Assembly: GCA_041660165.1 (NCBI GenBank)
Contig: JBAZWW010000003.1
Coordinates: 68,352-132,351 of the forward strand
Direction of reading: 5' to 3'
Length of the DNA stretch: 64,000 bases
Origin: Patescibacteria group bacterium
Lineage (GTDB): Bacteria > Patescibacteriota > Patescibacteriia > UBA9934
A model generated the notes under the pieces. It had not been told where the DNA came from. It saw only the letters and a list, made by a program, of their open reading frames with translations, and searched no databases. A program made the translations under genes and the position numbers. Position 1 is the first letter of the stretch; each line of letters starts with the position of its first letter. Shown here in pieces: positions 1-12,069 of this stretch.

Positions 1-98
1 GTTTTCATATAAGGAAATCGTACCACATAAGGAAAACCCCCGGGGCTAAGTGCCGGCGGGGGTCTTTGGATCCAGAATCCGCGGGTGCGGGTTTGGAA

Positions 99-626
99 TT
101 ACGGGGTCCAGCTGAAGACGGCCATGAGATTCGGGCGTTTGGCTTCCGGATCATAGAGCGGGGCCGTCCAGAGCTCGAAGTGCTGTCCTGCGAATCCCAG
201 CCGAACGCCAAGGCCGTTGTAGCGTTTGGCTATGACGCCGAACTTGAAACAGCCAACGCGTTCCGTGATGTCCACGCGGTACCACGGGCCGGTTCCGCCA
301 TCCTCCAGGATGACAAAGCCTTTGAACCCTTTTTTCGCGTAGAGCACCTTTGCAGCCACCCGCCAGAGTGACGGACTTGATTCGATTCCCGCGGACACGC
401 TGAGCGCCAGCTGGTCGTTCGGCTTCCAGACGGGGCCGAGGTAGGCCAGCGAGTATCCGGCGCTGACGGCTGAGAACGCGCTGACAGACCAGTGATCCGC
501 CAGCTTGGAGTCCGTGAAGACTATCAGGCTGGGCGTTACGCCGTCTGTGTTGATCCGGTTTTCCGTGGCGATGAAGACGAACTTGTCGCCCGCGAATGCC
601 GACACAACTAAGAAAACGATGAGCAT
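99..626 (-). CDS. hypothetical secreted protein (N-terminal signal peptide, beta-rich)
   Basis: 175-aa ORF with a hydrophobic N-terminus MLIVFLVVSAFAG; the antisense ORF at 66..371 looks spurious; a terminator-like hairpin lies downstream at about 38-72 on the minus strand. Confidence 0.4.
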   Translation of the reverse strand: MLIVFLVVSAFAGDKFVFIATENRINTDGVTPSLIVFTDSKLADHWSVSAFSAVSAGYSLAYLGPVWKPNDQLALSVSAGIESSPSLWRVAAKVLYAKKGFKGFVILEDGGTGPWYRVDITERVGCFKFGVIAKRYNGLGVRLGFAGQHFELWTAPLYDPEAKRPNLMAVFSWTP

Positions 627-658
627 GATTTCCTCCGGCCCTGACCTTAGCGAAAAAG

Positions 659-1471
659 TTACTTCTGGTCAATTTCCAGAATCATCGGCAAGTGGTCAGA
701 AACCGGCTCGTCTGGTACCTCGAACGATTGAACGTGAACACCCGGTGAGACAAAAGTGTAGTCCGCAAATTCTTGAAAGCCGTATTTTCCGTGTTCGTGT
801 TGCGGATGGAGTTTTCGCATGTGGGAACCGCGAGTTGTTTTGATGTTGTACTCGACGACGAGGTTTCTGTAGCCGGCTCGCTCGAACATTTTGATACTCT
901 CGGTCTCTGGAAAAAGATTGAAATCGCCCATGACGACTGATTCGCCAGGAAGTTTTGACATCATGTCGAGGATTTTCTGCGACTGCGCTATGCGCTTTGG
1001 CGTGTCGAGCTTGTTGGCTGGTTCCGAAACGCCATGAATGTTGCAGATGTTGAGCATTGAGCTGCCCAGTTTAAGCCGAATATAGAGAGCATTCGCGCCC
1101 AGAGTCTCGTAATCATGGCCAACGAGCGAATTGAAGCCGTTCGCAATGAAGAAATTTCCGCTTCCGGCGATCGGAAGCTCATTTTTCACAAAAATTGCCA
1201 GTCCCTCATCCGAACTACCAAGGTCATTCTGGTCAAAACCAAACTTTTCTTGAGTGACTGAAAACAACTCCTGAAAATTCGGCAGTCTGGATCTCAATTC
1301 ACTCAGCAAATTCAGCCGTTCGCCCTGCTCAGGCTGTGGAAACTCGCCATGCGCATTATTCATGACTTCTTGGAAGCAGAACACGTCCGTATCCGGCGCC
1401 ATCCGCTCGACAAATTCCATGAGTGGCTCAAAAACGTGACCGCCGTAAGTGTTGAGAGAGATGATTTTCAT
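659..1471 (-). CDS. endonuclease/exonuclease/phosphatase (EEP) family protein
   Basis: Start trimmed to the internal Met (MKIISLNTYGG) so it does not overlap the upstream gene; EEP-like motifs (FCFQEV, GDFN, SDHLP). Confidence 0.7.
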   Translation of the reverse strand: MKIISLNTYGGHVFEPLMEFVERMAPDTDVFCFQEVMNNAHGEFPQPEQGERLNLLSELRSRLPNFQELFSVTQEKFGFDQNDLGSSDEGLAIFVKNELPIAGSGNFFIANGFNSLVGHDYETLGANALYIRLKLGSSMLNICNIHGVSEPANKLDTPKRIAQSQKILDMMSKLPGESVVMGDFNLFPETESIKMFERAGYRNLVVEYNIKTTRGSHMRKLHPQHEHGKYGFQEFADYTFVSPGVHVQSFEVPDEPVSDHLPMILEIDQK

Positions 1472-1475
1472 ATTT

Positions 1476-2387
1476 TTACGTGCTAAGAATATATGTTCCG
1501 ATGAGCATGACAACAATTGCAATCAGTTTTTGGGCGATGTGCTTTTTTGTGAGGCTTTCTTTGGCAATATGGGGGAAGAAGATGGTGAGAAGCGCACCGT
1601 AGAGGAAAATGAAGAACGGCTGGAAGCCATTGAGCGTGGAAAGGACTGCGAGCGGGAGGGTAAGTGACAGGAAGGCGAAGTTCAGCCCGCCAAGGATGGT
1701 GATGATTTCATTGAAGACATTGAGTCCCAAGATTGGCACGTTATTAGTTTTGATTACGGCCAGGAATTCACGGCGATATCTCGGCACACAAGTGAAGAAC
1801 GTGATGCCCATGAGGCCATCGCCCACATACGTCCAAAAGATAGCCGTCCAATACTCTGTGCCAAGCGCGCCCATTTTGAGTATGAGCCAGCCAAGGGAGA
1901 TGAGGAATGATGACACAAGCATGAGGCCGAGGATCTTCTTGTTGAGCTTTGGCAACCGTCCGCCAAGCTCGAATGACAAGCCCACAGCCGCCAAAAGGAT
2001 AATAATCGAGCCGAGAATCTGCCGGCCACTCAGCACCTCGTGTAAAAATACCGCGCCGAGGATGAAGCTGAAAATGGGAATCGTTTGATAAAGCGGAGCT
2101 ACGTAGGACGTCTCGCCTTCCTGCATGGCGTAGAGATAGAGGAGAACGGAGACAATCCAGGTAATGCCCGCCAGCGTCATGAAGAGTGCTTGGGAGATGG
2201 AAACGGCGAGCACTTCTGGCCGAAAAAGATAGATAACGGGCAGAAAAAACACCATGATGACGGAGGAAAAGATGATGAGCGCTCCCGTTCCTCCGCCCTT
2301 GAAATACTTGCTAACTAGGTATTTATCAATGTGGTTGCTCATGCTCCAGAGGGCGGGGGAGATGAGGGCCAGAAGAAAGACGTGCAT
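1476..2387 (-). CDS. DMT/EamA-family membrane transporter
   Basis: 303 aa with about 10 predicted TM helices; duplicated EamA-like halves. Confidence 0.65.
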   Translation of the reverse strand: MHVFLLALISPALWSMSNHIDKYLVSKYFKGGGTGALIIFSSVIMVFFLPVIYLFRPEVLAVSISQALFMTLAGITWIVSVLLYLYAMQEGETSYVAPLYQTIPIFSFILGAVFLHEVLSGRQILGSIIILLAAVGLSFELGGRLPKLNKKILGLMLVSSFLISLGWLILKMGALGTEYWTAIFWTYVGDGLMGITFFTCVPRYRREFLAVIKTNNVPILGLNVFNEIITILGGLNFAFLSLTLPLAVLSTLNGFQPFFIFLYGALLTIFFPHIAKESLTKKHIAQKLIAIVVMLIGTYILST

Positions 2388-2457
2388 ATGGCGCCAATCA
2401 TAACAACCTTGCCAACACTTGCCAAAAACGCTACCCTGCTTCTGTTTTCGACCAAAG

Positions 2458-2547
2458 GGAGAGGTGGCAGAGTGGTCGAATGCGCATGACTCGAAATCAT
2501 GTATACCTGAAAGGGTATCGAGGGTTCGACTCCCTCCCTCTCCGCCA
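2458..2547 (+). tRNA. tRNA-Ser (anticodon CGA)
   Basis: 90-nt cloverleaf: acceptor GGAGAGG/CCTCTCC, anticodon stem CATGA/TCATG with loop CTCGAAA, long variable arm, T-arm GAGGGTTCGACTCCCTC, encoded CCA. Confidence 0.9.
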
Positions 2548-2551
2548 TGTG

Positions 2552-2584
2552 AAACCGACCTGAAGGGGTCGGTTTTGCTTTTTG
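2552..2584 (+). terminator. rho-independent terminator after tRNA-Ser
   Basis: Hairpin AACCGACC-tgaagg-GGTCGGTT followed by a T-run. Confidence 0.6.
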
Positions 2585-2638
2585 CATGCTATACTTTTTT
2601 CGTCATTTGTTCTTTAAAATTAAATAATTATCTATGTT

Positions 2639-3118
2639 ATGTCGCCCTTAGCGAAGCTTGATAAGGAAAAGGGGGAGTTCCGATGTGGCGAGTGTGGAAA
2701 GCTCCTTGTAAAAATCGGGCCAGCCCCCGATTCATATGAGGTGAAGTGTGGCCGGTGTGGGGAGAAAAATACGATTCTTGGGCGGCTCATTGAGCATACG
2801 ATTGTAACCGATACAAAGGGCAAGATTCTTTATGCGAATAGCGTAGTAGAAAAAGCGACGGGCTACTTGATATCCGAGGTGATCGGCCAGACGCCCTCAC
2901 TTTGGGGAGGGAAGACAGGCGAGGAAAATTACACAAGACTTCTTGCCTCAGTTGAGCAGAATAAACAGCCGATAATGACCACGGTTACGAATACGCGAAA
3001 GGACGGGGTGGTTTATCAAGCGGCAATAACGGTATCTCCTGTGCTCGACTCAAAAAATGAGATACAATTCATCGTGTTCATGGAGAGATGTATTGATCGG
3101 GAGACCAGGAATTTATAA
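2639..3118 (+). CDS. Mu Com-like zinc-ribbon fused to a PAS domain protein
   Basis: N-terminus CGECGKLL...KCGRCG (four-Cys ribbon resembling phage Mu Com); the remainder looks like a PAS fold (ILYANSVVEKATGY...GVVYQAAITVSPV). Confidence 0.55.
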   Translation: MSPLAKLDKEKGEFRCGECGKLLVKIGPAPDSYEVKCGRCGEKNTILGRLIEHTIVTDTKGKILYANSVVEKATGYLISEVIGQTPSLWGGKTGEENYTRLLASVEQNKQPIMTTVTNTRKDGVVYQAAITVSPVLDSKNEIQFIVFMERCIDRETRNL

Positions 3119-3160
3119 TATTGCGCGCCACAGAGCGCCGTGCAATGAGTGAGAGGATCT

Positions 3161-3190
3161 CGAATCCCGATACGCGGATTCGTTTTTTTA
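3161..3190 (+). terminator. rho-independent terminator
   Basis: CGAATCC-cgatacg-CGGATTCG followed by TTTTTTT. Confidence 0.55.
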
Positions 3191-3242
3191 TATAACTTTA
3201 GAGAGCCTTTGAGCACCGGTACCGATCGTTTGATCAGGTGCT

Positions 3243-6200
3243 ATGCACAAATTTTACGGCAGTTTCACACAGCCTCTTTTCGCTAAACTTATCATAGTAT
3301 TTTTCTTTTTCGTATTTTCATTTTCTTCAATAGGTATTGCCCAGGCAACGGTTTATTTGCCGGGCGAAACGCTTGCTCCGGATTGTGCGCCGGGTGCTTC
3401 AAGTTGCGGTGTACTTCCTATCGGCGACGCGCATACGGGTTCCGGTGCACCTTCGCTTGTAAGCCCGAATACCGGCGCGCTCTACTTTGATACAGCGGGC
3501 GGTATTTTGTATTCGTACAACGGTACTTCATGGGTGAGCGTGGGAAGTGGAACGACAATAACCAGCTTGAATGGTCAGACGGGTGCCTCACAAACATTTG
3601 CAACGGGTACGTCAGGAGCTGACGTAAACTTCGTTTCTGCCGGAGATATCCACACGCTGAATATTCCAAGTGCCTCCGTGTTGAACCGCGGGCTTGTCAC
3701 TATTGGCGCGCAAACATTTGGCGGGGTGAAGACCTTTGCAGACGGACTCGTAATGAACGGAAACGTTGTTGCTCCAAGCGGAACAAACTACACAACAACC
3801 GGCACGCAAAATGACGTGGATCTTGGTACGGGCTCATTCTTCCGTTATACGGGCGCAGGAGTTGCGACCTTTACGGGTTTTGCGGGAGGAGCTGATGGTC
3901 GAATGGTCCGTGTCACAAACGCATCTTCATCAAATCTCACCATTCAGCATCAAAATACGGGATCTGTAGCTGCGAACAGAATTATCATCGAAACTGGGCT
4001 GGACGCGATCATCACGCCAAACTCTACGTTTGACATGCAGTATGACGCGAGTACTGCCCGTTGGCGTATTGCGGTGTTGCCAACCACCTCATCTCAAAGT
4101 TTTGCACAGGGCGGTAACGCTTTTGGTGGAGTAGCCACTATTGGAACCACGGATGCTAACGCTCTCAACATCATCAGCGGTGGGACAACACGTTTTACAC
4201 TTGCTGCCGGTGCCTCAACGCTCACGGGGTCTGGTTCCACATCACTCATTTCCACCGGCGCGCTCGCTCTTTCGTCGGGGACGGCCTCGACCATTGGCAT
4301 CACCACTGGCACAACGGGAGTGTTGACACTCGACTCCGGCACAACGGGTGCGGTAAACCTTGGGAACGGATCAAACTCGAAAATTATCACTATTGGCAAC
4401 ACTACCGGTACGACGGCCTTAAACTTGAACAGCGGTTCCGGAGGCATTTCGCTAGTCGGAAACACAACCGTTACGGGAAGTCATACGTTTGCGACGGGTA
4501 CGGGATTGACCACCATCAATTCAACCCAAATGACACTTGCCGGGAATGGGATGGTGATAGATATGACCGGCACAGGGACGCTTGGCCTCAACACTACAAC
4601 GGATAGACCAATCACAACGGGTACGGGACTGACCACTTTGTCCGGTGATACGGACGTGGGCGGTCACATGATTGTGGCGGGGAACTTTGCCACAACCAGG
4701 GGCGCAGATTATTCAACAACCGGTGTCCAGAATAACGTTAATCTTGGCGCGGGATCATTTATCCGTTTTACTGCCGCAGGGGACGCAACATTCACAGGTA
4801 TCCTTCCAGGAGTTGATGGTCAAGATCTCACGCTCATGAACGTGGCAGGAGCGGGTACACTGACGTTGGCAAATAACAGCTCATCATCAGTTGTGGCGAA
4901 TAGGATTATTACCGGTACCGGTGGAGATCTCAGCATTGCTCCGGATACAGCCGTGCTTCTTCAATATGAGCTAACCCCTTTAGGCGAATCCGAGTGGCAT
5001 GTTATTTCTCCGCCTTCAAGCGTGGCCGCTATCGCAACTGCCGCTTTTCTTCAAAATGGAAATTCTTTTGCGGGAACGGCAACTTTAGGAACGAATGACT
5101 TCTTTGGCTTAAATTTTGAAACGAATAACGTGACAGCATTGGCGCTTGATACTTCCGGGAACGGTACGCTGACGGGTGATCTGACGGTGACGGGCGGAGA
5201 CATTTCTACTCCGGCGGCAACAGCTTTGAACGTGAAGACCGGGACAACTGGTGCCCTGACGCTTGATTCGGGAACAACGGGTGCTATTAACATAGGCACT
5301 GGTGCCAATGAGAAAGTAATCACCATCGGGAACACAACCGGGGCTTCAGCCATTCATCTGGATGCTGGAACCGGCGGGCTTCATATCAATGCAAATACGA
5401 CATTCACAGATGGTAATGCCTTTAGTTCCGGCTCAGGGGTATTTTCTATCTTGGGTAACTTTGTCACCCCGAAGGGGACAGACTATGCTTTAACTGGTAC
5501 CCAGAATAACGTCGCTCTCGGTACGGGGATGTTGTTCCGTTTCACCGGAGTTGCCCCGGCGACTATTACTGGTATTGCCAATGGTGCGGACGGCAGGCAA
5601 ATCAGGATAACGAACGCCTCATCCTCAAATATATCCATCACCAATGAGGATTCCGGATCGTTAGTGGCGAATAGAGTCCTCACCGCGAATGGAACAACCG
5701 CTACGTTAAAACCGAACGGCTCTGTTGGTTTGTTGTATGACTCAGGATCACTACGCTGGCGCGTATTTAGCCTCCCCGTTGAGGATGTTGCCGTGGTGGC
5801 AGGCGGGAATACTTTGGGCGCGGTGTTGAACATAGGTACAGTGGACTCTTATGCGCTCAATCTTAAGACAAATAACGTTACTGCTTTAGCAATTGATACT
5901 TCAAGTAATGCAAACTTTACGGGAGATATCACGGTGACGGGAGGTGATATTGCTACACCAGCTACATCGGCATTAAATATTACGACTGGTACCACAGGCA
6001 TTCTCACTCTGGACTCTGGCAGTACCGGGGCCGTGAATCTTGGTACTGGGGCGAGTGCAAAAACAGTGACAGTTGGCAACACCACAACCACATCGACGTT
6101 GAACCTCCAGTCGGGAACCGGAAATATTAACTTACAAGTTGCGGGTACAAGCGCAATTGGCAACGTACAAATTGGCGCGGGCACGGGATCTGCCACGCCG

Positions 6201-9200
6201 GATCTTTTGGTGCTCGACATAAAAAATAATGATGGAACAGATCCTGCTGGCGGAATAAACGGTGCAAGCTACTACAATACAACGAGTAACAAGTTTCGTT
6301 GTTATGAAGGCGGGGGATGGAAGGATTGTGACACCACCGGCGGGACGACTACGTTGCAGTCCGCATATAACTCCGGCCAAACGATCACGACATCATCCGC
6401 GCATGACCTTGCGCTTACGCTCACGAGCGGAAATTTCACCGCGTCCGGTGCCGGTGCAGTCACATTAACGCCAACAGGTGCGTCAAGCTTTACGTCCGGT
6501 GGTGCGCTGACTTTGACTGGTGGTGCCGCCTCAACATGGGGAACTACAACCGGCAACCTTAACGTGCAGGTTGCGGGCACGGGGACAACGGGGAACGTAC
6601 AAATCGGCGCAGGCGGGGCGGGATCGGCCACGCCCGACTTCTTTGTTGTTGACACAAAGTCTGCGGTAAGCGGTTCGGGAGATCCGTTAGGCGGGACACC
6701 GGGCGCGAGTTATTACAATATTGCCAGCGATAAGTTCCGTTGTTATGAAGGTGCCGGGTGGAAAGATTGTGACACGGGTGGCGGAGTTGGCGCGCAAACG
6801 TTGAACGGCCAGGGCGGAGCATCACAAACGCTTGTTGTGGGCACAACCGGTACAGATTTCAACATTGTTTCTGCTCTCGATGTTCATACGTTCAATTTGC
6901 CTGACGCCTCTACCACCGCTCGCGGTCTGCTGACCACGGGCGTCCAAACGCTTGGCGGGGCAAAGACTTTCAATGACGATCTGTTGGTGAACGGCTTGAC
7001 CACCCTTGGCAATGCTACCGGTGACACCGTGACGGTAAATGGCTCAACCTTCACTTTTGCTGGCAATAGCACTGTTCTAGACATGACGGGAACCGGCGTG
7101 CTGAGTTTGAACACAGTGACAAATCGGCCAATTACCACCGGTACCGGACTCTTTACGGCAAGCGGCGCGGCAACAGTTGCGGGTACATTTTCTAACTCCG
7201 GAAATTACGTAACACCTAAGGGCACGGATTACACCACCACGGGATCACAAAACAATGTCAATCTCGGAACCGGCTCATTGATCCGCTATACCGGTATTTC
7301 CCAAGCAACATTTACCGGCTTGGCCGGTGGTACTGATGGTCGATTTATCCGTATTATTAATGCTTCATCGTCAGACCTCATCTTTACGAATCAGGACATT
7401 TCTTCGACAGACACAAATCGCATCATTACCACTACGGGTGGTGCTCTGACGATTGGTTCAGACGTTTCTATCAGTATGCAGTACGACTCCGGTGTTAGTC
7501 GTTGGCGAGTAATCATTCTACCGGTTACATCTGGTACTCTAGCTGACATCGCATTCATTCAGAATGGTAACGCCTTCGGTTCTGCGGCAAATCTTGGCAC
7601 TACAGATGCTTTTGCGCTCAATCTGAAGACAAACGGGGCGAATGCCTTAGTTCTTGATACCTCCGGCAATGGAGATCTGACCGGCGACTTTACCGTGACT
7701 GGTGGCGATGTCGTCACTCCGTCCGGTACGTCGCTTAACGTAACCGCTGGCACTACCGGCGTCTTGACGCTTGACTCCGGTTCTACGGGAGCAATCAATC
7801 TCGGTACCGGGGCAAATGCCAAAACAATCACGATCGGTAATACATCCGGTGCAACGGAGGTACATGTACTTTCCGGCTCGGGTAACTTTGATCTGACCGC
7901 GCCCAGTGCAACGTTCAAAACCGCCACAACCACAGACGACAAACTTGCGCTCGTTCCTCATACCGGCGCAGCTTCCTCTTTCACGGGATCAATTACTTCC
8001 GCAGATTTGACGGTGAGTGGAAAGACGTGGACTTTCCCAAACCTGACAGGCAACGTTCTGCTTGATACTTCAACTTGTCTTTCAACGGGCTCGATAACGT
8101 GTAATGCGGGAAACAATACCGGAGCAGCACTTTCGATTGGTACTTTAGACGCGAATGCGTTGGATCTTATGACTGGTGGCACTACCCGTTTCGCTGTTGC
8201 CGCTGCTTCTTCCACGCTCACCGGTACAGGTTCGACAACGCTTGCTTCCACCGGCGCGCTCGCTCTGTCATCTGCTGCGGCCTCGACCATAGGTATCACC
8301 ACAGGCACAACGGGTATCCTTACGCTTGATTCCGGAACAACGGGCGCAGTAAACCTTGGTACGGGTGCAAGTTCGAAAACAATCACCATTGGCAACACAA
8401 CAGGTACGACTACGCTGAATCTGAACAGCGGGTCAGGCGGGGTTGTGATGGGTGGCAACGCTTCAGTTTCTGGCACTAATACTTTTACAACCGGTACCGG
8501 CACAACCACCATCAATTCAACCGCCATCACGCTTGCCGGCGCAAGTGCGGTTATTGATTTGTCGAGTGGAACTCTTGGGATCAATACCGCAACAAATCAG
8601 GCGGTCACCTTTGGTTCCGGGTTGGTTACTATGAATGGAGGCCTTACGGTTACGGGAGCAATTTCCGCTTCTGACGGTTTTTCTACGCCAAAGGGTACGG
8701 ACTACTCCACTACAGGCATTACCAATGACGTTAATTTTGGAAATGGTTCACTATTCCGTTATACCGGAGTGGGTTCGGCAACAATCACCGGTTTTGCCGG
8801 TGGTTCTGATGGCAAATACGTCCGCTTCATGAATGCTTCCACATTCGGCCTCACTATTGATAATGAGTCTGTCAGTTCCATTGCGGCCAATAGAGTCATT
8901 ACCGGAACGGGTAGCGCTCTTACTATTCCGGCGGATGGAACTTTTTGTGCGCAATACGACATCACCGCTACACGGTGGCGTTTAGGATGTACCCCAGCGA
9001 ACGCGAGTACAATTAGTTCTTTTGGATTCATTCAGGGAGGAAATGCTTTTGCCGCCACCGCTACTCTTGGTACAACGGATGCGAACGCTTTGAACCTTCT
9101 GACGGGTGGTGCAACAAGGTTTGCGGTTGCTGCTGGCACACCTACGCTCACGGGTACAGGCTCGACCATTCATACGTCAACAGGGACAATGACACTTTCC

Positions 9201-11333
9201 TCTGCGGCCGGTTCAAATCTGACCGTTGATTCCGGAACAACAGGATCGGTTTTCCTGGGAACAGGCATAGCAGCAAAGACGATTACTATCGGAAATGGAG
9301 CGGATGACACGTTCTCGCTTAACTCCTCGGCTCTTGTTGTCTCAACGGCTGGAGCATTGACGGGTGTGGCTTCGCTTGACACCGTCGCAACATCAGCAAC
9401 CGCCTTTACCTTCGCCGGTGCCGGAGCTATTTCTTCAACAACATCATCTGCCATGACGATCGATTCCGGTTCAACGGGTGACGTGAACCTTGGTACTGGC
9501 GGTACGGCAAAAACGGTGAATGTAGGTAACGTAACGGGAGGTACGACATTGAACTTGAAATCAGGGACAGGCGGTATTTTGATGACGGTTGACAGCACTG
9601 CGTCAAGCGGCCAGGTACGTATTGGCAACAGCGCAACCGCCACGCCGGATTTATTAGTACTCGATAACGGAACGGCAGACCCAACCGGAGTGAATGGTGG
9701 GATGTATTACTCGACGGCCACAAACAAGTTCCGTTGTTATGAAAATGGCGCGTGGGCAAATTGCATAGGCGGTGGAACGAGCTCGACATCAAAATTCGTT
9801 GTGAAGGGTGCAGATGAAAATGTTCCAACAGGGAACACGCTCCAAACTGATGATGCACTGACGTTTGCGGTGGGAGCAAGCGAAACATGGGTGTTCCAAT
9901 TCAATCTCATGGTTGATAACTTGAGTAGCACGGCACCTGATTGGCAAGCAGCAATTTTGGGCGCATCGGGTTGGACCTGTAACTTCATCATGCACGGCGA
10001 GGAACCAGGCAGCTCTGCCTTCCCACAGTCAGCGGGAACCGATTGTGACAACGTGCCTACCGCGGTAGCAGACGGCACAATTGCTTCCAACGGTGGAATT
10101 CCATTTGAGGTAGTGTTGCAGGGAAGTATTACAACAACGAGCAGTGGATCAGTTACGCTGGAATGGGCTCCAAACACCAGCGGAAGCCTAACGGTGAAAG
10201 CGGGAAGCTTTGTTATCGCGCAGAAAGTTGGCGGTGCTGACTTGGCTGAAGTGTATTACACGAGGGATTCTGGAATGAGACCCGGAGATGTGGTGAGCAT
10301 TGATGGATCTATAGCGTCAGGGGTTAAGAAATCAACCGTTGCGCGTGATCCTAAGGTGATTGGCATTATTTCAACAAAACCGGGGTTGATCCTTGGCGAC
10401 GCAGAAGTGAACACGGAAGATTTCCCGGTTTTTGTAGCCCTGTCCGGAAGAGTGCCGGTGAGGGTAGTTACAGAAAATGGTTCGATTGGAGTTGGCGATT
10501 ACCTCACACCCGCTTCAGAACCGGGCACGGCCATGAAATCCGATGGGACAGGCCCTGTTATTGGACAGGCCATGTCTGCGTATGACGGCGAGGGGATTGG
10601 CACGGTTCTTGCCTTCGTTAAGAGTTTTGACTTGGGAGATGAGAGGCTGGTGCTTCTAGGAGACATCTCGCCAAAGCCGAAGGCCGACGGATCAGACAAT
10701 GGTCTTTCCACGTTCGTTGCCATGCTTCAGGCTGAGACGGCGCATGACCCTGTGATAATCATTGGCGAGAAGATTGCAGGCGGAAAGGACTTCCTTACAG
10801 ACTTTGTCTCCGCTCGCGTTACAGCAATCCGCGGATACTTTGATGAAGTGTTCGCAAAGAAAGTGCACACGGAACAGCTTTGTGTGAAGAAGGCGGATGG
10901 TACGGAGGCGTGTTTTGACGGAGACCAATTGCAACAGGCAATCAATGGGGAAGGGCCTCTAGCGAATTTCTCGGCGCCATCGAATAGCCCGGCACCTGCT
11001 CCGGCACCGGAGACCTTGACGTCGATGACCGATGTGATTGCGCCGACAGAAACAGCAACGCCGGAAATCATAGCCCTTCCTGCTGACGTGTCTTCTGACA
11101 CGGTACCAAATGAAGCAACGACAGATACTTCGGCTCCTGTAGTGGAGACGGTTCCAATTGTGGACGCCCCGGTTTCCGCCGAGGAACCGGTGAGCGAGCC
11201 TGTTGTCATTGAAGCGCCTGCGGGTGTTCCTGACATTGTGCCAGCGCCCTTGGACGTAGCCCCTGTGAGTGAGCCGGCACCAGCGCCAGAATCTGCACCA
11301 GAATCGGCTCCTGCTCCTGACCCAGCTCCTTAA
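3243..11333 (+). CDS. giant (2696 aa) secreted Thr/Gly-rich repetitive cell-surface protein
   Basis: N-terminal signal/TM; five copies of a module [21 protein letters not shown]...TITG.A.GADGR..R..NASSS...ANRIITGTG; three copies of a YYN...[15 protein letters not shown] module; a near-identical roughly 330-bp internal duplication (about 4200-4450 and 8210-8460); a globular C-terminal domain; an APAPAP Pro-rich tail. Confidence 0.8.
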   Translation: MHKFYGSFTQPLFAKLIIVFFFFVFSFSSIGIAQATVYLPGETLAPDCAPGASSCGVLPIGDAHTGSGAPSLVSPNTGALYFDTAGGILYSYNGTSWVSVGSGTTITSLNGQTGASQTFATGTSGADVNFVSAGDIHTLNIPSASVLNRGLVTIGAQTFGGVKTFADGLVMNGNVVAPSGTNYTTTGTQNDVDLGTGSFFRYTGAGVATFTGFAGGADGRMVRVTNASSSNLTIQHQNTGSVAANRIIIETGLDAIITPNSTFDMQYDASTARWRIAVLPTTSSQSFAQGGNAFGGVATIGTTDANALNIISGGTTRFTLAAGASTLTGSGSTSLISTGALALSSGTASTIGITTGTTGVLTLDSGTTGAVNLGNGSNSKIITIGNTTGTTALNLNSGSGGISLVGNTTVTGSHTFATGTGLTTINSTQMTLAGNGMVIDMTGTGTLGLNTTTDRPITTGTGLTTLSGDTDVGGHMIVAGNFATTRGADYSTTGVQNNVNLGAGSFIRFTAAGDATFTGILPGVDGQDLTLMNVAGAGTLTLANNSSSSVVANRIITGTGGDLSIAPDTAVLLQYELTPLGESEWHVISPPSSVAAIATAAFLQNGNSFAGTATLGTNDFFGLNFETNNVTALALDTSGNGTLTGDLTVTGGDISTPAATALNVKTGTTGALTLDSGTTGAINIGTGANEKVITIGNTTGASAIHLDAGTGGLHINANTTFTDGNAFSSGSGVFSILGNFVTPKGTDYALTGTQNNVALGTGMLFRFTGVAPATITGIANGADGRQIRITNASSSNISITNEDSGSLVANRVLTANGTTATLKPNGSVGLLYDSGSLRWRVFSLPVEDVAVVAGGNTLGAVLNIGTVDSYALNLKTNNVTALAIDTSSNANFTGDITVTGGDIATPATSALNITTGTTGILTLDSGSTGAVNLGTGASAKTVTVGNTTTTSTLNLQSGTGNINLQVAGTSAIGNVQIGAGTGSATPDLLVLDIKNNDGTDPAGGINGASYYNTTSNKFRCYEGGGWKDCDTTGGTTTLQSAYNSGQTITTSSAHDLALTLTSGNFTASGAGAVTLTPTGASSFTSGGALTLTGGAASTWGTTTGNLNVQVAGTGTTGNVQIGAGGAGSATPDFFVVDTKSAVSGSGDPLGGTPGASYYNIASDKFRCYEGAGWKDCDTGGGVGAQTLNGQGGASQTLVVGTTGTDFNIVSALDVHTFNLPDASTTARGLLTTGVQTLGGAKTFNDDLLVNGLTTLGNATGDTVTVNGSTFTFAGNSTVLDMTGTGVLSLNTVTNRPITTGTGLFTASGAATVAGTFSNSGNYVTPKGTDYTTTGSQNNVNLGTGSLIRYTGISQATFTGLAGGTDGRFIRIINASSSDLIFTNQDISSTDTNRIITTTGGALTIGSDVSISMQYDSGVSRWRVIILPVTSGTLADIAFIQNGNAFGSAANLGTTDAFALNLKTNGANALVLDTSGNGDLTGDFTVTGGDVVTPSGTSLNVTAGTTGVLTLDSGSTGAINLGTGANAKTITIGNTSGATEVHVLSGSGNFDLTAPSATFKTATTTDDKLALVPHTGAASSFTGSITSADLTVSGKTWTFPNLTGNVLLDTSTCLSTGSITCNAGNNTGAALSIGTLDANALDLMTGGTTRFAVAAASSTLTGTGSTTLASTGALALSSAAASTIGITTGTTGILTLDSGTTGAVNLGTGASSKTITIGNTTGTTTLNLNSGSGGVVMGGNASVSGTNTFTTGTGTTTINSTAITLAGASAVIDLSSGTLGINTATNQAVTFGSGLVTMNGGLTVTGAISASDGFSTPKGTDYSTTGITNDVNFGNGSLFRYTGVGSATITGFAGGSDGKYVRFMNASTFGLTIDNESVSSIAANRVITGTGSALTIPADGTFCAQYDITATRWRLGCTPANASTISSFGFIQGGNAFAATATLGTTDANALNLLTGGATRFAVAAGTPTLTGTGSTIHTSTGTMTLSSAAGSNLTVDSGTTGSVFLGTGIAAKTITIGNGADDTFSLNSSALVVSTAGALTGVASLDTVATSATAFTFAGAGAISSTTSSAMTIDSGSTGDVNLGTGGTAKTVNVGNVTGGTTLNLKSGTGGILMTVDSTASSGQVRIGNSATATPDLLVLDNGTADPTGVNGGMYYSTATNKFRCYENGAWANCIGGGTSSTSKFVVKGADENVPTGNTLQTDDALTFAVGASETWVFQFNLMVDNLSSTAPDWQAAILGASGWTCNFIMHGEEPGSSAFPQSAGTDCDNVPTAVADGTIASNGGIPFEVVLQGSITTTSSGSVTLEWAPNTSGSLTVKAGSFVIAQKVGGADLAEVYYTRDSGMRPGDVVSIDGSIASGVKKSTVARDPKVIGIISTKPGLILGDAEVNTEDFPVFVALSGRVPVRVVTENGSIGVGDYLTPASEPGTAMKSDGTGPVIGQAMSAYDGEGIGTVLAFVKSFDLGDERLVLLGDISPKPKADGSDNGLSTFVAMLQAETAHDPVIIIGEKIAGGKDFLTDFVSARVTAIRGYFDEVFAKKVHTEQLCVKKADGTEACFDGDQLQQAINGEGPLANFSAPSNSPAPAPAPETLTSMTDVIAPTETATPEIIALPADVSSDTVPNEATTDTSAPVVETVPIVDAPVSAEEPVSEPVVIEAPAGVPDIVPAPLDVAPVSEPAPAPESAPESAPAPDPAP

Positions 11334-11347
11334 ATCTAATTATTTCT

Positions 11348-12064
11348 ATGAACATCTCAAGAAGCCCTCTTCGCGTGATCCCCGCTATCGTCTCAAAAAT
11401 CTTTCACGCCCTGAGTATTGAGCGCGCATTGCTCGGTCTGCTCATTGTCATGGCTGTTGCCGGCACGGGGAGTTCTGTTTATTTCTATAAGCGCTACACC
11501 GCGCTCAAGGCAAACCCGAATGCAGAGGCGCAGAAAGAAAGCGCGGCTTTGCTTGAGGCGCTTGGCAAGCATATTGAGTTGCCAAAAGATGAGACGCCTT
11601 CGGTTGTGACTATTGTTGATAAAACAAAACTGGCTGATCAAGCATTTTTCAAAAATGCGGAGAATGGAGATGTGTTATTTGCCTACGTGACAACTAAAGA
11701 AGCTATTCTCTATCGGCCATCCACGAACAAAATCATCCAAGTGGCCTCTATTAACGTGAGCGCTGATGCGGCCACGCAGACCGCGCCTGCCGAGTTGTCG
11801 GTGGCCTATTACAACGGAACAACAACGGCTGGGCTTACGACCGCCACTGAAAAACTCGTTAAGGACGCCTTCAGTTCATACAAAACAGCGTCAGTCACAG
11901 TGGCAGCAAAAACAAATTACACACAAACCATTGTGGTAGATGTTTCAGGCAAACACGCTGAAGAAGCCGCGAAGGTCGCGGAAGTTGTCCATGGCATCGT
12001 TGCCGGATTGCCTGATGGGGAGGCCGTGCCAAACGCGGATTTGCTGATTATTTCAGGTAAGTAA
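11348..12064 (+). CDS. membrane-anchored LytR_C-like (LytR/CpsA/Psr C-terminal) domain protein
   Basis: N-terminal TM; C-terminus LSVAYYNGTTTAGLTTATEKL...TIVVDVSG...DLLIISGK matches the LytR_C pattern. Confidence 0.5.
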   Translation: MNISRSPLRVIPAIVSKIFHALSIERALLGLLIVMAVAGTGSSVYFYKRYTALKANPNAEAQKESAALLEALGKHIELPKDETPSVVTIVDKTKLADQAFFKNAENGDVLFAYVTTKEAILYRPSTNKIIQVASINVSADAATQTAPAELSVAYYNGTTTAGLTTATEKLVKDAFSSYKTASVTVAAKTNYTQTIVVDVSGKHAEEAAKVAEVVHGIVAGLPDGEAVPNADLLIISGK

Positions 12065-12069
12065 ATTGT

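Noticed and set aside
66-371. A 101-aa plus-strand ORF
   Set aside because: It lies entirely antisense to the better-supported signal-peptide ORF at 99..626 and shows no motif support.
7958-8584. A 208-aa minus-strand ORF, and several other 100-170-aa minus-strand ORFs inside 3243..11333
   Set aside because: They are embedded antisense in the giant repetitive gene. Their low-complexity Pro/Val-rich translations are mirror images of the Thr/Gly repeats.
9800-11000. Possible peptidase S74 (intramolecular chaperone) domain at the C-terminus of the giant protein
   Set aside because: I could not find the SDxRxK autocleavage signature. The domain is left as unknown rather than being called.
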